From positions 1 through 39,565 of IMG/VR virus record IMGVR_UViG_3300009181_000155: a stretch of DNA of 39,565 nt. One strand, given 5' to 3'. The notes beneath the pieces are model-generated. The model saw only the letters and a list, made by a program, of their open reading frames with translations. It searched no databases and was not told the origin of the DNA. This stretch comes from a virus. Lineage: Duplodnaviria; Caudoviricetes. Each line of letters begins with the position of its first letter. Position 1 is the first letter of the stretch. The translations under genes were made by a program, and so were the position numbers. This document shows positions 7,754 through 16,566 of the stretch, one piece after another.

Positions 7754-8445
7754 TGGCAACATCAGGCACCCAATCATTCAACCTAGACCTTAGCGAGATT
7801 GTCGAGGAAGCGTTTGAGCGTTGCGGTGCAGAGCTTAGGACTGGCTATGACTTACGTACTGCTCGTAGAAGCCTTAATCTACTGTTTGCTGACTGGGCTA
7901 ATCGTGGCATCAATCTGTGGACTGTTGATCAAGGGTCTATCACGCTGGTTCCTGGTACGGCGACGTATGACCTACCAATCTACACAGTTGATTTGCTTGA
8001 GCATGTTATCCGCACCGGAGCAGGTAACGCTTCCACGCAGGCAGATTTAAACATCACGCGCATCAGTGTTTCTACCTATGCGACGATCCCCAATAAGCTG
8101 ACCCAAGCTAGGCCGATTCAGGTCTATATTGACCGCTTGTCCCCCACACCGACGATCACTGTCTGGCCCACCCCTGACAATGTGCAGACCTACACCTTCG
8201 TGTACTGGCGGCTGCGCCGGATCGAGGATGCAGGTAACGGTGTAAACACAATGGATGTGCCTTTTAGGTTCCTTCCGTGTATGATTGCAGGGTTGGCTTC
8301 TTACCTTGCTTTGAAGGTTCCTGGGGGTCTAGAACGTGCTCAAATGCTTCAAGCGCAGTATGATGCGGCATGGGAGTTGGCAGCGGGCGAAGATCGAGAG
8401 AAAGCTGCGGTTCGTTTTGTCCCACGGCAGCAGTTCATTAGCTAA
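7753..8445 (+). CDS. Putative head-tail adaptor / neck protein
   Basis: 230 aa; EIVEEAFERCG..ARRSLNLLFADWANRG..VPFRFLPCMIAGLA pattern of podophage adaptor-like proteins; position between head and tail genes. Confidence 0.6.
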   Translation: MATSGTQSFNLDLSEIVEEAFERCGAELRTGYDLRTARRSLNLLFADWANRGINLWTVDQGSITLVPGTATYDLPIYTVDLLEHVIRTGAGNASTQADLNITRISVSTYATIPNKLTQARPIQVYIDRLSPTPTITVWPTPDNVQTYTFVYWRLRRIEDAGNGVNTMDVPFRFLPCMIAGLASYLALKVPGGLERAQMLQAQYDAAWELAAGEDREKAAVRFVPRQQFIS

Positions 8446-8447
8446 TC

Positions 8448-8837
8448 ATGGGCAATAGGTTTGCAGCAGGTAAACGGGCAATATCGGAGTGTGACCGATG
8501 TGGGTTTCGTTTTAAGCTCAAAGACCTCAAAGGGTTGGTGATCAAGACCAAGAACGTAAACATCTTGGTTTGTCCTCAGTGTTGGGAGGAAGATCACCCG
8601 CAGCTTCTTCTAGGGATGTATCCAGTCGATGACCCTCAAGCTTTGCGTAACCCTCGCCCTGATCGTAGCTACGTTACTTCTGGGCTTTTGTCTAGCGGAT
8701 ACTTGGGAGAAGGCAGCAGAAGTATTTTTTGGGGCTGGAACCCTGTTGGTGGGTCTAGGCTTTTCGATGCGGATTTAACCCCCAACCCTCTCGTTGCCGT
8801 TGGATCAATCGGCACTACCACTGTAAGCATAACGTAA
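8448..8837 (+). CDS. Zinc-ribbon phage protein
   Basis: CDRC..CPQC pair followed by DHPQ..DPQALRNPRPD. Confidence 0.75.
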   Translation: MGNRFAAGKRAISECDRCGFRFKLKDLKGLVIKTKNVNILVCPQCWEEDHPQLLLGMYPVDDPQALRNPRPDRSYVTSGLLSSGYLGEGSRSIFWGWNPVGGSRLFDADLTPNPLVAVGSIGTTTVSIT

Positions 8838-8846
8838 GGAATCATA

Positions 8847-9068
8847 ATGGCTACCAAATCAGCTAACTTTCCCGCCAGTATGGCAGTTGCCGGGTACAAG
8901 CCCGTGGAACATGATGAACTGAAGATTGGCAATGACTTTGCTACCACATCTGGTGACCGTGTGGCTAACAACCACCAGCATGTCCGTGGTAAAAGTCTCG
9001 GTGTAGAAACAGATGCCATGATGAAGTATGGCCGCAACATCGCCCGTGCGATGAATCAAGGAGACTAA
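8847..9068 (+). CDS. Small hypothetical protein
   Basis: SD TAAGGA; 73 aa ending MKYGRNIARAMNQGD; fills operon gap. Confidence 0.7.
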   Translation: MATKSANFPASMAVAGYKPVEHDELKIGNDFATTSGDRVANNHQHVRGKSLGVETDAMMKYGRNIARAMNQGD

Positions 9069-9070
9069 TC

Positions 9071-9343
9071 ATGGCTACGTTCAGCAAGAAAATGGGCGGT
9101 AAAGAAGTTGGTGATGCGGCTGTTTATGCCAAGCCTCACACTATGTCTGGTGCCCCTGGTGTAAAGCCATCCAAGTCTTTGCAAGACAAGGCTGCGGTAA
9201 ATGTCTTTAATGAAAAAGATATTGTCAAGCACAGTACTCCCGTGACTATTGGCCCGCTGAAAGAAGTTACGACTGAAGGCATCAAAATGCGCGGGTCTGG
9301 TGCTGCAACTAAGGGATTTATGTCCCGTGGGCCAATGGCGTAA
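9071..9343 (+). CDS. Small basic hypothetical virion protein
   Basis: SD AGGAG; C-terminal GIKMRGSGAATKGFMSRGPMA. Confidence 0.75.
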   Translation: MATFSKKMGGKEVGDAAVYAKPHTMSGAPGVKPSKSLQDKAAVNVFNEKDIVKHSTPVTIGPLKEVTTEGIKMRGSGAATKGFMSRGPMA

Positions 9344-9346
9344 AAC

Positions 9347-9997
9347 ATGAACTACACCCAGTTGAAAACCGCAGTACAGGACTATTGCGAGAATACTTTT
9401 ACTGCTACTGACTTCGCCACTATGACGAATTTGGCAGAGCAGAAGATTTACAACTCGGTGCAGCTACCCTCCTTGCGTAAAAACGTACAGGGGGTTTTAA
9501 CGTCTGGCTTTCAGTATCTTGCTGCCCCGACAGACTTCTTGTCCGTCTTCAGCCTTGCAGTTGTTGACGCTGTAGGGGCATACACATACCTCCTTAACAA
9601 AGATGTCAACTTCATCCGGGAAGCGTACCCCACCCCGTCATCCACAGGCACACCTAAGTACTACGCTGTGTTCGGGCCGGATAGCGCATCTCTTCAAGAG
9701 CTTACATTTATTCTCGGGCCAACGCCTAGTGCTGGCTTGACGGCAGAGCTTCATTACTTCTACTACCCTGTCTCCATCGTTACAGCGGGCACTTCCTGGC
9801 TGGGTGATAACTTTGACTCTGCGTTGTTTAACGCGGTAATGGTTGAAGCTATCCGGTTTATGAAAGGTGAGCCTGATATGGTTGCACTGTATGCTGATGC
9901 ATATAAACAGTCGCTTACTCTTCTCAAGAACCTGGGTGACGGTAAGTTGCGTCAGGATGCGTATCGTAGCGGGCAAGTCCGCACCCAAGTTATCTAA
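9347..9997 (+). CDS. Putative phage adaptor / tail tubular protein
   Basis: MNYTQLKTAVQDY..AEQKI..GTPKYYA..LGPTP..ELHYFYYP..SWL pattern of podophage adaptor proteins. Confidence 0.65.
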   Translation: MNYTQLKTAVQDYCENTFTATDFATMTNLAEQKIYNSVQLPSLRKNVQGVLTSGFQYLAAPTDFLSVFSLAVVDAVGAYTYLLNKDVNFIREAYPTPSSTGTPKYYAVFGPDSASLQELTFILGPTPSAGLTAELHYFYYPVSIVTAGTSWLGDNFDSALFNAVMVEAIRFMKGEPDMVALYADAYKQSLTLLKNLGDGKLRQDAYRSGQVRTQVI

Positions 9998-10006
9998 GGA
10001 AATATC

Positions 10007-10429
10007 ATGGCTTTTACTGGCAATGCTTTTTGCACTTCAGCCAAGGTTGGCTTTCTGACGGGGACATACACTCCGTTGACCCATACTATGAAGATTGCTC
10101 TGTACACCAACTCAGCTACGCTGGACGCAACGACAACGGTTTATTCAGCAACTAATGAGGTTGTTGGTACAGGCTACACGGCTGGCGGGAACACGCTAAC
10201 GGGCAATGCTATTAGTTATGGTGGCACTACCGCATGGCTAACTTTCAATGACTCTAGTTGGACTACCGCTACGATTACAGCCCGTGGCGCACTGATCTAT
10301 GACAGCAGCGCATCAAACGCAGCAATTGCAGTCCTAGACTTCGGTGCAGACAAGACTTCTACCGCAGGTACATTTACCGTACAAATGCCGGTTGCTGCTG
10401 CCTCCACTGCACTGATCCGCATCGCTTAA
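10007..10429 (+). CDS. Tail-associated structural protein
   Basis: KIALYT..NEVVGTGYTAGG..ITARGALIY..VLDFGADK motif common in phage tail modules. Confidence 0.7.
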   Translation: MAFTGNAFCTSAKVGFLTGTYTPLTHTMKIALYTNSATLDATTTVYSATNEVVGTGYTAGGNTLTGNAISYGGTTAWLTFNDSSWTTATITARGALIYDSSASNAAIAVLDFGADKTSTAGTFTVQMPVAAASTALIRIA

Positions 10430-10438
10430 AGGCACAAA

Positions 10439-11026
10439 ATGGCTATTACCGTAACCCACCCGTTTGTTAGTGCAATCTCTGATGGCGCGGATGCTACGGT
10501 AGTTCGCCCTTCTAATTGGAACGCTACCCACAGCATTTCAGGAACTGTTGACGTAGCTAACGGAGGCACAGGGCTTTCTGCTGGTACTTCTGGGGGTGTC
10601 TTAGCGTTTACAGCTACCGGAACCATAGCTTCTTCAACAGCCCTAGCGGCTAGTGCGCTTGTCATTGGTGGTGGGGCGGGGGTTGCTCCTTCTACGACAA
10701 CTACCGGCACCGGAATCTTGACGTTTCTTGGAACTCCCTCAAGTGCAAACCTTGCGGCAGTGCTTACCGATGAAACAGGTTCTGGTGCAAATGTTTTTGC
10801 AACGTCGCCGACGTTCACGACGAGCATAGACTCCGGGGCAACATTTACAGCTTTTGCCGGGGCAACGACTTCTCTTACCATAGGTGGCACGGGGGCAACT
10901 TCAGTGTTTGCCGTGCCGGGTACGTTGGAACAATCAAGCACAACTGGGGCTATGACGATAGCCGGTGGCGTTTACATAGCTAAGAAATTGACTGCAATCG
11001 GCGGCATTTCAGGCGGCACATTTTAA
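10439..11026 (+). CDS. Tail fibre-like protein
   Basis: Thr/Gly/Ala-rich, VANGGTG and TDETGSG..VFATSPT fibre motifs; ends ISGGTF. Confidence 0.65.
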   Translation: MAITVTHPFVSAISDGADATVVRPSNWNATHSISGTVDVANGGTGLSAGTSGGVLAFTATGTIASSTALAASALVIGGGAGVAPSTTTTGTGILTFLGTPSSANLAAVLTDETGSGANVFATSPTFTTSIDSGATFTAFAGATTSLTIGGTGATSVFAVPGTLEQSSTTGAMTIAGGVYIAKKLTAIGGISGGTF

Positions 11027-11035
11027 GGAACTACG

Positions 11036-11779
11036 ATGGCAGCAACAGGCTTTACCCCCATTTCGTTGTACTACAGCACCACGGCAGCAGCAGCCCCTTC
11101 AGCGGGAAACCTTGTTGCGGGTGAGTTGGCACTCAACACCCTTGATGAGAAGCTGTACTTTAAGAACAGCGCGGGCACGGTCAAGCTGCTGGCGAGCAAC
11201 GGTGCAACGACCAACGTGTCTACCTTCTCGGCGGGCACCACAGGGTTTACACCGTCATCCGCTACGTCTGGTGCGGTTACCCTGGCAGGAACCCTGGCGG
11301 TCGCCAACGGGGGCACCAACGCCACCACGGCCAGCATCACATCGTTCAACAACATCACGGGCTACACAGCCTCTGGTGCCACGGGAACGACCAGCACGAA
11401 CTTGGTCTTCTCAACCTCACCAACGATCACCACCCCGGTACTGACAAACCCCACAGTCACGGCGTACCTTGAGACCGCCCCGGCAATTGCCAACAGCGGC
11501 ACCTCAGTAACCCTAGCCCTAGCCTCTGGAACAGTCCTGAGCTACACGCTGACAGGCAACTGCACCTTTACGATGCCCACCGCCACAAGCGGTACGAGTT
11601 TCATCATCCGGTTGATTCAGGATGCAACGGGCAGCAGGACTGCCACATTTACAGGCGTCAAGTGGCCTGGGGGCACTGTACCGACGATCACCACCACGGC
11701 ATCAACGGGTGTAGACATCATCAGCTTTGTCTGTATCGCGTCGGTCTGGTACGGTAACGCAGCCCAGGCGTTCGCATAA
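11036..11779 (+). CDS. Tail fibre-like protein
   Basis: N-terminal GELALNTLDEKLYFKN (Mtd-N/hyaluronidase-N-like), VANGGT repeat, C-terminal QDATGSRT..VKWPGGT..VDIISF domain. Confidence 0.7.
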   Translation: MAATGFTPISLYYSTTAAAAPSAGNLVAGELALNTLDEKLYFKNSAGTVKLLASNGATTNVSTFSAGTTGFTPSSATSGAVTLAGTLAVANGGTNATTASITSFNNITGYTASGATGTTSTNLVFSTSPTITTPVLTNPTVTAYLETAPAIANSGTSVTLALASGTVLSYTLTGNCTFTMPTATSGTSFIIRLIQDATGSRTATFTGVKWPGGTVPTITTTASTGVDIISFVCIASVWYGNAAQAFA

Positions 11780-12735
11780 TGTTTGCAGCACTCAACTCGT
11801 TTTTGACTGTTAAAAAACCTAATATTAGTATTGACTATTTAGTAGTCGGCGGCGGCGGCGGCGCTGGCGGCGGCGGGCAGAATGCAGATTGGTCTGGTGG
11901 AGCAGGAGCGGGTGGAGGTTATTTAACAGGAACTACAAGCACGCTTCTGGTTGTAAATACCCTTTACACAGTAACCGTTGGTTCGGGCGGCGGCAACGGT
12001 CAAAGTGGTGGTTCTCCTAGTTTTTATGCACCAACTAGCGGGTCATCTGGTTCCGACTCTAGCATTGGTAGTATTGTTGCTACTGGCGGTGGTTATGGCG
12101 GTCGCCCTGGCTATGCCGGATTTCAAGCTGGCGCTGCGGGCGGTGCTGGGGGTTCGGGCGGTGGTGGCGGTGCGTCTAGCAGTTCTGGTGGCGTTGGTGG
12201 CGCGGGCACTTCTGGTCAAGGGTCTAACGGAGGCGATGGCAATGTCTGCCGTGCAAGTGGTAGCGGTGGTGGCGCATCAGGTGCGGGGACAAGTGCCACT
12301 AACACTGCCTTAGCGTTAAACCAACCCGGCTTTGCTGGGGGCGCTGGGTCTTCCAGCAACAGCATTTCTGGTACGGCCACGCAATACGCCGGAGGCGGCG
12401 GTTCTGGCGGGGCGGCGCCTAATCCATCAGGAACCATGTCTGGCGGTGCTGGTGGCGTTGGTGGTGGCGGCGCTGGTGGAGACGCTTCTTTCGGTTCTGC
12501 ATCCCCTGGAACAAACGGAACTGTTAACCAAGGGGGCGGTGGGGGTAGCGGCGGCGTGGATACCGTTTCGTCTCAAACTTGCGGCGCAAGCGCAAGCGGT
12601 GGCTCAGGTATTGTAATAGTTAGATACCCGGATACTACTCCGGCTGCTCAATCTACCACAGGCTCTCCAACTGTTACTGTAGCTGGTGGTTACCGAATAT
12701 ACAAATTTACAGGTTCTGGAAGCATTAAAATATGA
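11779..12735 (+). CDS. Glycine-rich tail fibre / receptor-binding protein
   Basis: DYLVVGGGGG..GGAGAGGG..YAGGGGSG..GGSGIVIVRY..YKFTGSG glycine-rich domain; TAATG overlap with upstream gene. Confidence 0.8.
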   Translation: MFAALNSFLTVKKPNISIDYLVVGGGGGAGGGGQNADWSGGAGAGGGYLTGTTSTLLVVNTLYTVTVGSGGGNGQSGGSPSFYAPTSGSSGSDSSIGSIVATGGGYGGRPGYAGFQAGAAGGAGGSGGGGGASSSSGGVGGAGTSGQGSNGGDGNVCRASGSGGGASGAGTSATNTALALNQPGFAGGAGSSSNSISGTATQYAGGGGSGGAAPNPSGTMSGGAGGVGGGGAGGDASFGSASPGTNGTVNQGGGGGSGGVDTVSSQTCGASASGGSGIVIVRYPDTTPAAQSTTGSPTVTVAGGYRIYKFTGSGSIKI

Positions 12736-13088
12736 GTAATTTTGCTGAACTTGATAAAAACAATGTTGTACTACGGGTAATCGTGGTGCATAACAATGAA
12801 CTACTCGATGCTGATGGTGTTGAGCAAGAAGCTTTAGGCCAAGCTTTCTGCACCAATTTGCTGGGTGGTAACTGGAAACAAACTAGCTACAACAGCAATA
12901 TTCGTAAAAAATACGCGGGGGCCGGAGATACCTATAATGTTGACTTGGACGCTTTTATTTCACCGCAGCCTTTTCCTAGTTGGGTATTAAACTCTAATAC
13001 TTGCCAATGGGAACCGCCAGTCCCCTACCCCAACGACAGTAAGCCCTATGCGTGGGATGAAAGCATATTGAGTTGGGTATTGATATGA
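12732..13088 (+). CDS. Partner protein of glycine-rich fibres (possible assembly factor)
   Basis: FAELDKNNVVLRVIVV..WKQTSYN..RKKYAG..DAFISPQPFPSW..WEPPVPYP..WDE; ATGA overlap. Confidence 0.75.
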   Translation: MSNFAELDKNNVVLRVIVVHNNELLDADGVEQEALGQAFCTNLLGGNWKQTSYNSNIRKKYAGAGDTYNVDLDAFISPQPFPSWVLNSNTCQWEPPVPYPNDSKPYAWDESILSWVLI

Positions 13089-13360
13089 ACCTGCCGCAAT
13101 TCCCCACAGACAAGGCGAACCATGCAATTTATGGTGCCGTGATCTTTGACGCTTGCTTCTTGCTTACGCGGAGCTTGCTTGTCTCTCTTTGTGTGGTGGC
13201 TGTAATTGCCGTGTTTAAAGAGTTGAGTGATGCGTTTATCAACTGGCGGGCAACAGGCGATGCCATGCACGGCCCTCACGGCGTGGAGTTCCTAGACGCT
13301 GCCGCAACGTGCTTTGGTGGTATCCTTGTAGCCTTGCCCCTAGTGCTTATGCGAGCCTAA
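13085..13360 (+). CDS. Small multi-pass membrane protein
   Basis: Start corrected to ATG 13085 (ATGA overlap); DKANHAIYG..KELSD..DAAAT with 2-3 hydrophobic segments. Confidence 0.65.
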   Translation: MNLPQFPTDKANHAIYGAVIFDACFLLTRSLLVSLCVVAVIAVFKELSDAFINWRATGDAMHGPHGVEFLDAAATCFGGILVALPLVLMRA

Positions 13361-13363
13361 AAC

Positions 13364-13693
13364 ATGGCTAATGCCTTCCAAGCGGGTGCGTTCCAGGCAG
13401 ACAGCTTTCAGGTAGGCGTTGTAGTAGTTGTTACGGGCGTATCGGCAACCGGAAGTATTGGAACTGTATTCGTTGCTTCAGGCGCAATTGCCGTAGTCAC
13501 CGGGGTGCAGGCAACTGGGTCTATTGGAACTGTCGTAATAGCTGCTGGCGCTACTGCCTTCCCCACAAGTGTTACAGCGTTTGGTCGGATTGGACAAGTC
13601 TTGGTCTGGGGGCTGATACCAAACAGCCAAACCCCGAACTGGGCTACCATAGGTAACGCCCAAACACCAAACTGGCAACTCATTGCCGCTTAG
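13364..13693 (+). CDS. Tail structural protein with VTGVxATGSIGTV repeats
   Basis: Three ~20-aa beta repeats and a twice-repeated QTPNW C-terminus. Confidence 0.7.
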   Translation: MANAFQAGAFQADSFQVGVVVVVTGVSATGSIGTVFVASGAIAVVTGVQATGSIGTVVIAAGATAFPTSVTAFGRIGQVLVWGLIPNSQTPNWATIGNAQTPNWQLIAA

Positions 13694-13701
13694 GAGCAGA
13701 A

Positions 13702-14124
13702 ATGCCAGCAAGCTATACTACAAGTCTTAAACTTACTCTGCCTGCGGATGGCGACACCAACTGGGGTACGGTAGTTAACAATGGCATTACGTCTTTAATA
13801 GACTCTTCTGTTGCTGGTACAGCGTCTGTTGCCCACGACAATACAGCCAACTACACCCTTACGTCTTCAAATGGGGCGGCAGACGAAGCCCGGAAGATGT
13901 TTCTTAATATTACGGGAACCTTAACCGCTGATAGAAACGTAGTTTGCCCAACAGTTTCTAAGCTGTACTTCATCACAAACTCTACCACGGGCGGGTTTTC
14001 TGTAACCCTAAAGACTTCTGCGGGTACGGGCATCTTAGTGCCTAACGGGCGCAGCGTTGTTTTGTATTGTGATGCAACAAATGTGGTCAACGCTTTGTCG
14101 GCCCCCGCTGGTGGTACGTTCTAA
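13702..14124 (+). CDS. Tail structural protein
   Basis: SD AGGAG; YTTSLKLTLP..WGTVVN..ITGTLTA..KLYFITN; ends AGGTF. Confidence 0.7.
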   Translation: MPASYTTSLKLTLPADGDTNWGTVVNNGITSLIDSSVAGTASVAHDNTANYTLTSSNGAADEARKMFLNITGTLTADRNVVCPTVSKLYFITNSTTGGFSVTLKTSAGTGILVPNGRSVVLYCDATNVVNALSAPAGGTF

Positions 14125-14133
14125 GGACACGCC

Positions 14134-16041
14134 ATGCCGTTGAAGAAGATCACCCTCAAGCCCGGTGTAAACAGAGAAAACACGCGCTATACCAATGAAG
14201 GCGGCTGGTACGATTGCGACAAGATTCGGTTTCGTCAAGGCACTCCAGAGAAGATCGGTGGCTGGTCACCTGTAACGCCTAGCGCTACGTACCTGGGTAC
14301 TGCCCGGTCTTTGTGGCCCTGGACGACCAACAGTTCGTTTCCTTACCTTGGTGTCGGTACTAACCTCAAGTACTACATTGAATCGGGTTCTGTTTACAAC
14401 GACATCACTCCTATCCGAGCAACAACCGCTGCCGGTGCTGTTACGTTTGCAGCAACAAATGGGTCGGCAACTATTACGGTCACTAACGCAGCATTTGGTT
14501 CTAGTGCTGGCGACTTTGTGACTTTCTCTGGTGCTGTCAGTCTTGGTGGCAACATCACTGCCGCTGTTCTGAATCAAAACTACCAGATAGCCACAGTCAT
14601 AAGCGTAAACTCTTACACCATTACAGCCACAGCAACAGCAAGTGCTTCTGATAGCGGGAATGGCGGTGGCTCGACTGTTGGCGCGTATGAAGTTCCAGTA
14701 GGGTATGCGATCAACGTATCTCTTTACGGTTGGGGTGCGGGAACTTGGGGTGGTGGGGGATGGGGCACAGGTACTACATCCGCAAGCCAAATTCGCATTT
14801 GGAACGCGCAAAACTTTGGTCAAGACTTGATCTTTGGGCCTAAAGGTGGACTGCTGTACTACTGGAGCACTTCTGGTTCTCCGCTGACCTCCCGTGGGGT
14901 TGCTCTGTCTTCGTTAGCTGGGGCGTCTGATACCCCGCTATTCCAAAATTTACTGCTTGTGTCTGACACATCTAGGTTTGTGTTTGCCTTTGGTACTAAT
15001 GATTACGGTAGCGTTGAACTAGACCCGATGCTCATCCGTTGGTCTGACCAAGAAGACGCAGTCAATTGGACACCCGCAGCAACCAACCAAGCGGGTAGCC
15101 TTCGTCTTTCTCATGGCTCATCTATTGTTGCGGTTGCTCAGACCCGGCAGGAAATTCTTGTTTGGACTGATACAGCGCTGTACTCATTGCAGTACGTTGG
15201 GACGCCCATTGTTTGGAGTTCTACCCTTCTTTCTGACAACGTCTCAATCCTGAGTGACCGGGCATGGTCAACTGCTTCTGGCAAGACGTATTGGATGGGG
15301 ATAGACAAGTTCTATGTTTACGAGGGTGCGACAAGTACGCTAGTTTGTGACCTTCGGCAGTACATCTTTGATGACATTCCGGGCATCAACAACGATCAAA
15401 ACGCGCAGATATTTTCTTCCACGGTAGAAAAGTTTAACGAAGTGTGGTGGTTCTACTGTTCAGCCGGTAGTACCACAATTGACAGGTATGTAATCTTTAA
15501 CTATACCGAAAGACTCTGGTACTACGGCACTATGGTTCGTACTGCCTGGATAGACGCAAGTGTTCTTAACCATTTGCCAATTGCCGCCGATGATACAAAC
15601 AAGAAACTGATGTATCAAGAAACCGGGACTGATGACCTCTCAACTAACACGGCAGTGGCAATCACCTCATACATCACTTCTGCTGAATTTGATTTAGACG
15701 ACGGCAACAACTTTTCATTTATCTGGCGTATGTTGCCCGACATTACGTTTCGGGGTTCTTCTGCTGCAAGCCCTGCGGCGACCATGTACCTGCTGCCGTT
15801 GTCCAATTCAGGTTCTGGATACAACAACAATACCTCTACAAACAGCAATCAGTCTGTGGCTGACCAAAGCTCAGCGGGAGTTACTAGGACTGGCACTTAC
15901 CCTGTTGAACAGTTTACCGGTCAGGTTTACACGCGAGTCCGTGGACGGCAGTTGTCAATCAAAGTAGAATCGACTGCACTAGGGGTGCAATGGCAGCTTG
16001 GCGCACCTAGACTTGACATCAGACCTGATGGACGAAGATGA
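14134..16041 (+). CDS. Putative tail nozzle / hub protein (P22 gp10 or T7 gp12 equivalent)
   Basis: 635 aa, beta-propeller-like, IRWSDQED..AGSLRL..EVWWFY..RGRQ..LG motifs; lies just before ejection-type genes. Confidence 0.65.
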   Translation: MPLKKITLKPGVNRENTRYTNEGGWYDCDKIRFRQGTPEKIGGWSPVTPSATYLGTARSLWPWTTNSSFPYLGVGTNLKYYIESGSVYNDITPIRATTAAGAVTFAATNGSATITVTNAAFGSSAGDFVTFSGAVSLGGNITAAVLNQNYQIATVISVNSYTITATATASASDSGNGGGSTVGAYEVPVGYAINVSLYGWGAGTWGGGGWGTGTTSASQIRIWNAQNFGQDLIFGPKGGLLYYWSTSGSPLTSRGVALSSLAGASDTPLFQNLLLVSDTSRFVFAFGTNDYGSVELDPMLIRWSDQEDAVNWTPAATNQAGSLRLSHGSSIVAVAQTRQEILVWTDTALYSLQYVGTPIVWSSTLLSDNVSILSDRAWSTASGKTYWMGIDKFYVYEGATSTLVCDLRQYIFDDIPGINNDQNAQIFSSTVEKFNEVWWFYCSAGSTTIDRYVIFNYTERLWYYGTMVRTAWIDASVLNHLPIAADDTNKKLMYQETGTDDLSTNTAVAITSYITSAEFDLDDGNNFSFIWRMLPDITFRGSSAASPAATMYLLPLSNSGSGYNNNTSTNSNQSVADQSSAGVTRTGTYPVEQFTGQVYTRVRGRQLSIKVESTALGVQWQLGAPRLDIRPDGRR

Positions 16042-16226
16042 GCATTCCAACCGCTTTCGTTGCACCTAACTTGCCTCTGGCTACGGCAGAGTACGACCGC
16101 AGCTTAGAAGAGCGGTTTAGGAATGCTGAACGGGTCTACTTTGCTCTCCTTGACAACCAAAACCGGGTCATCAACGAGCAAGTCTCATCTAACCAAACGC
16201 TGATCTGGTTAAACGCTTGGGCCTAG
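16038..16226 (+). CDS. Small hypothetical tail protein
   Basis: ATGA overlap; APNLPLATAEYD..RVYFALLDN. Confidence 0.7.
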   Translation: MSIPTAFVAPNLPLATAEYDRSLEERFRNAERVYFALLDNQNRVINEQVSSNQTLIWLNAWA

Positions 16227-16227
16227 C

Positions 16228-16566
16228 ATGGCAAATTATCAGACCATCACCGCTGTAAAGCTAGGCCAAGCGGCTATCACGGCCACCATTGCTACGATTT
16301 ACACAACCCCTGCGCTATCCAAAACCTATGTCAAACAGCTTGACATCTGCAACACCACGGCTGGGGCGCTGACTGTAAATGTTCATCTTGTGCCCGTAAG
16401 CGGTACAGCGGGCACTGCCAATGCTATTTACTACACGTTTTCAGTAGCTGCCAATAGTGTTCTTCAGTGGAAAGGCATTCAAGTTATGAATGCTGGAGAA
16501 ACAATACAGGTCAAAGCTTCTTCAACCGGGTTGACTATTACCGCCAGTGGTGGGGAGGCTGTTTAA
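16228..16566 (+). CDS. Small beta-rich structural protein
   Basis: TIYTTP..VKQLDICN..MNAGETIQVKAS..SGGE. Confidence 0.7.
   Translation: MANYQTITAVKLGQAAITATIATIYTTPALSKTYVKQLDICNTTAGALTVNVHLVPVSGTAGTANAIYYTFSVAANSVLQWKGIQVMNAGETIQVKASSTGLTITASGGEAV

Noticed and set aside
10426-10941. 171-aa antisense ORF and similar minus-strand ORFs in 1-33400
   Set aside because: Shadow frames of Thr/Gly/Ala-rich genes; no SD or independent motifs
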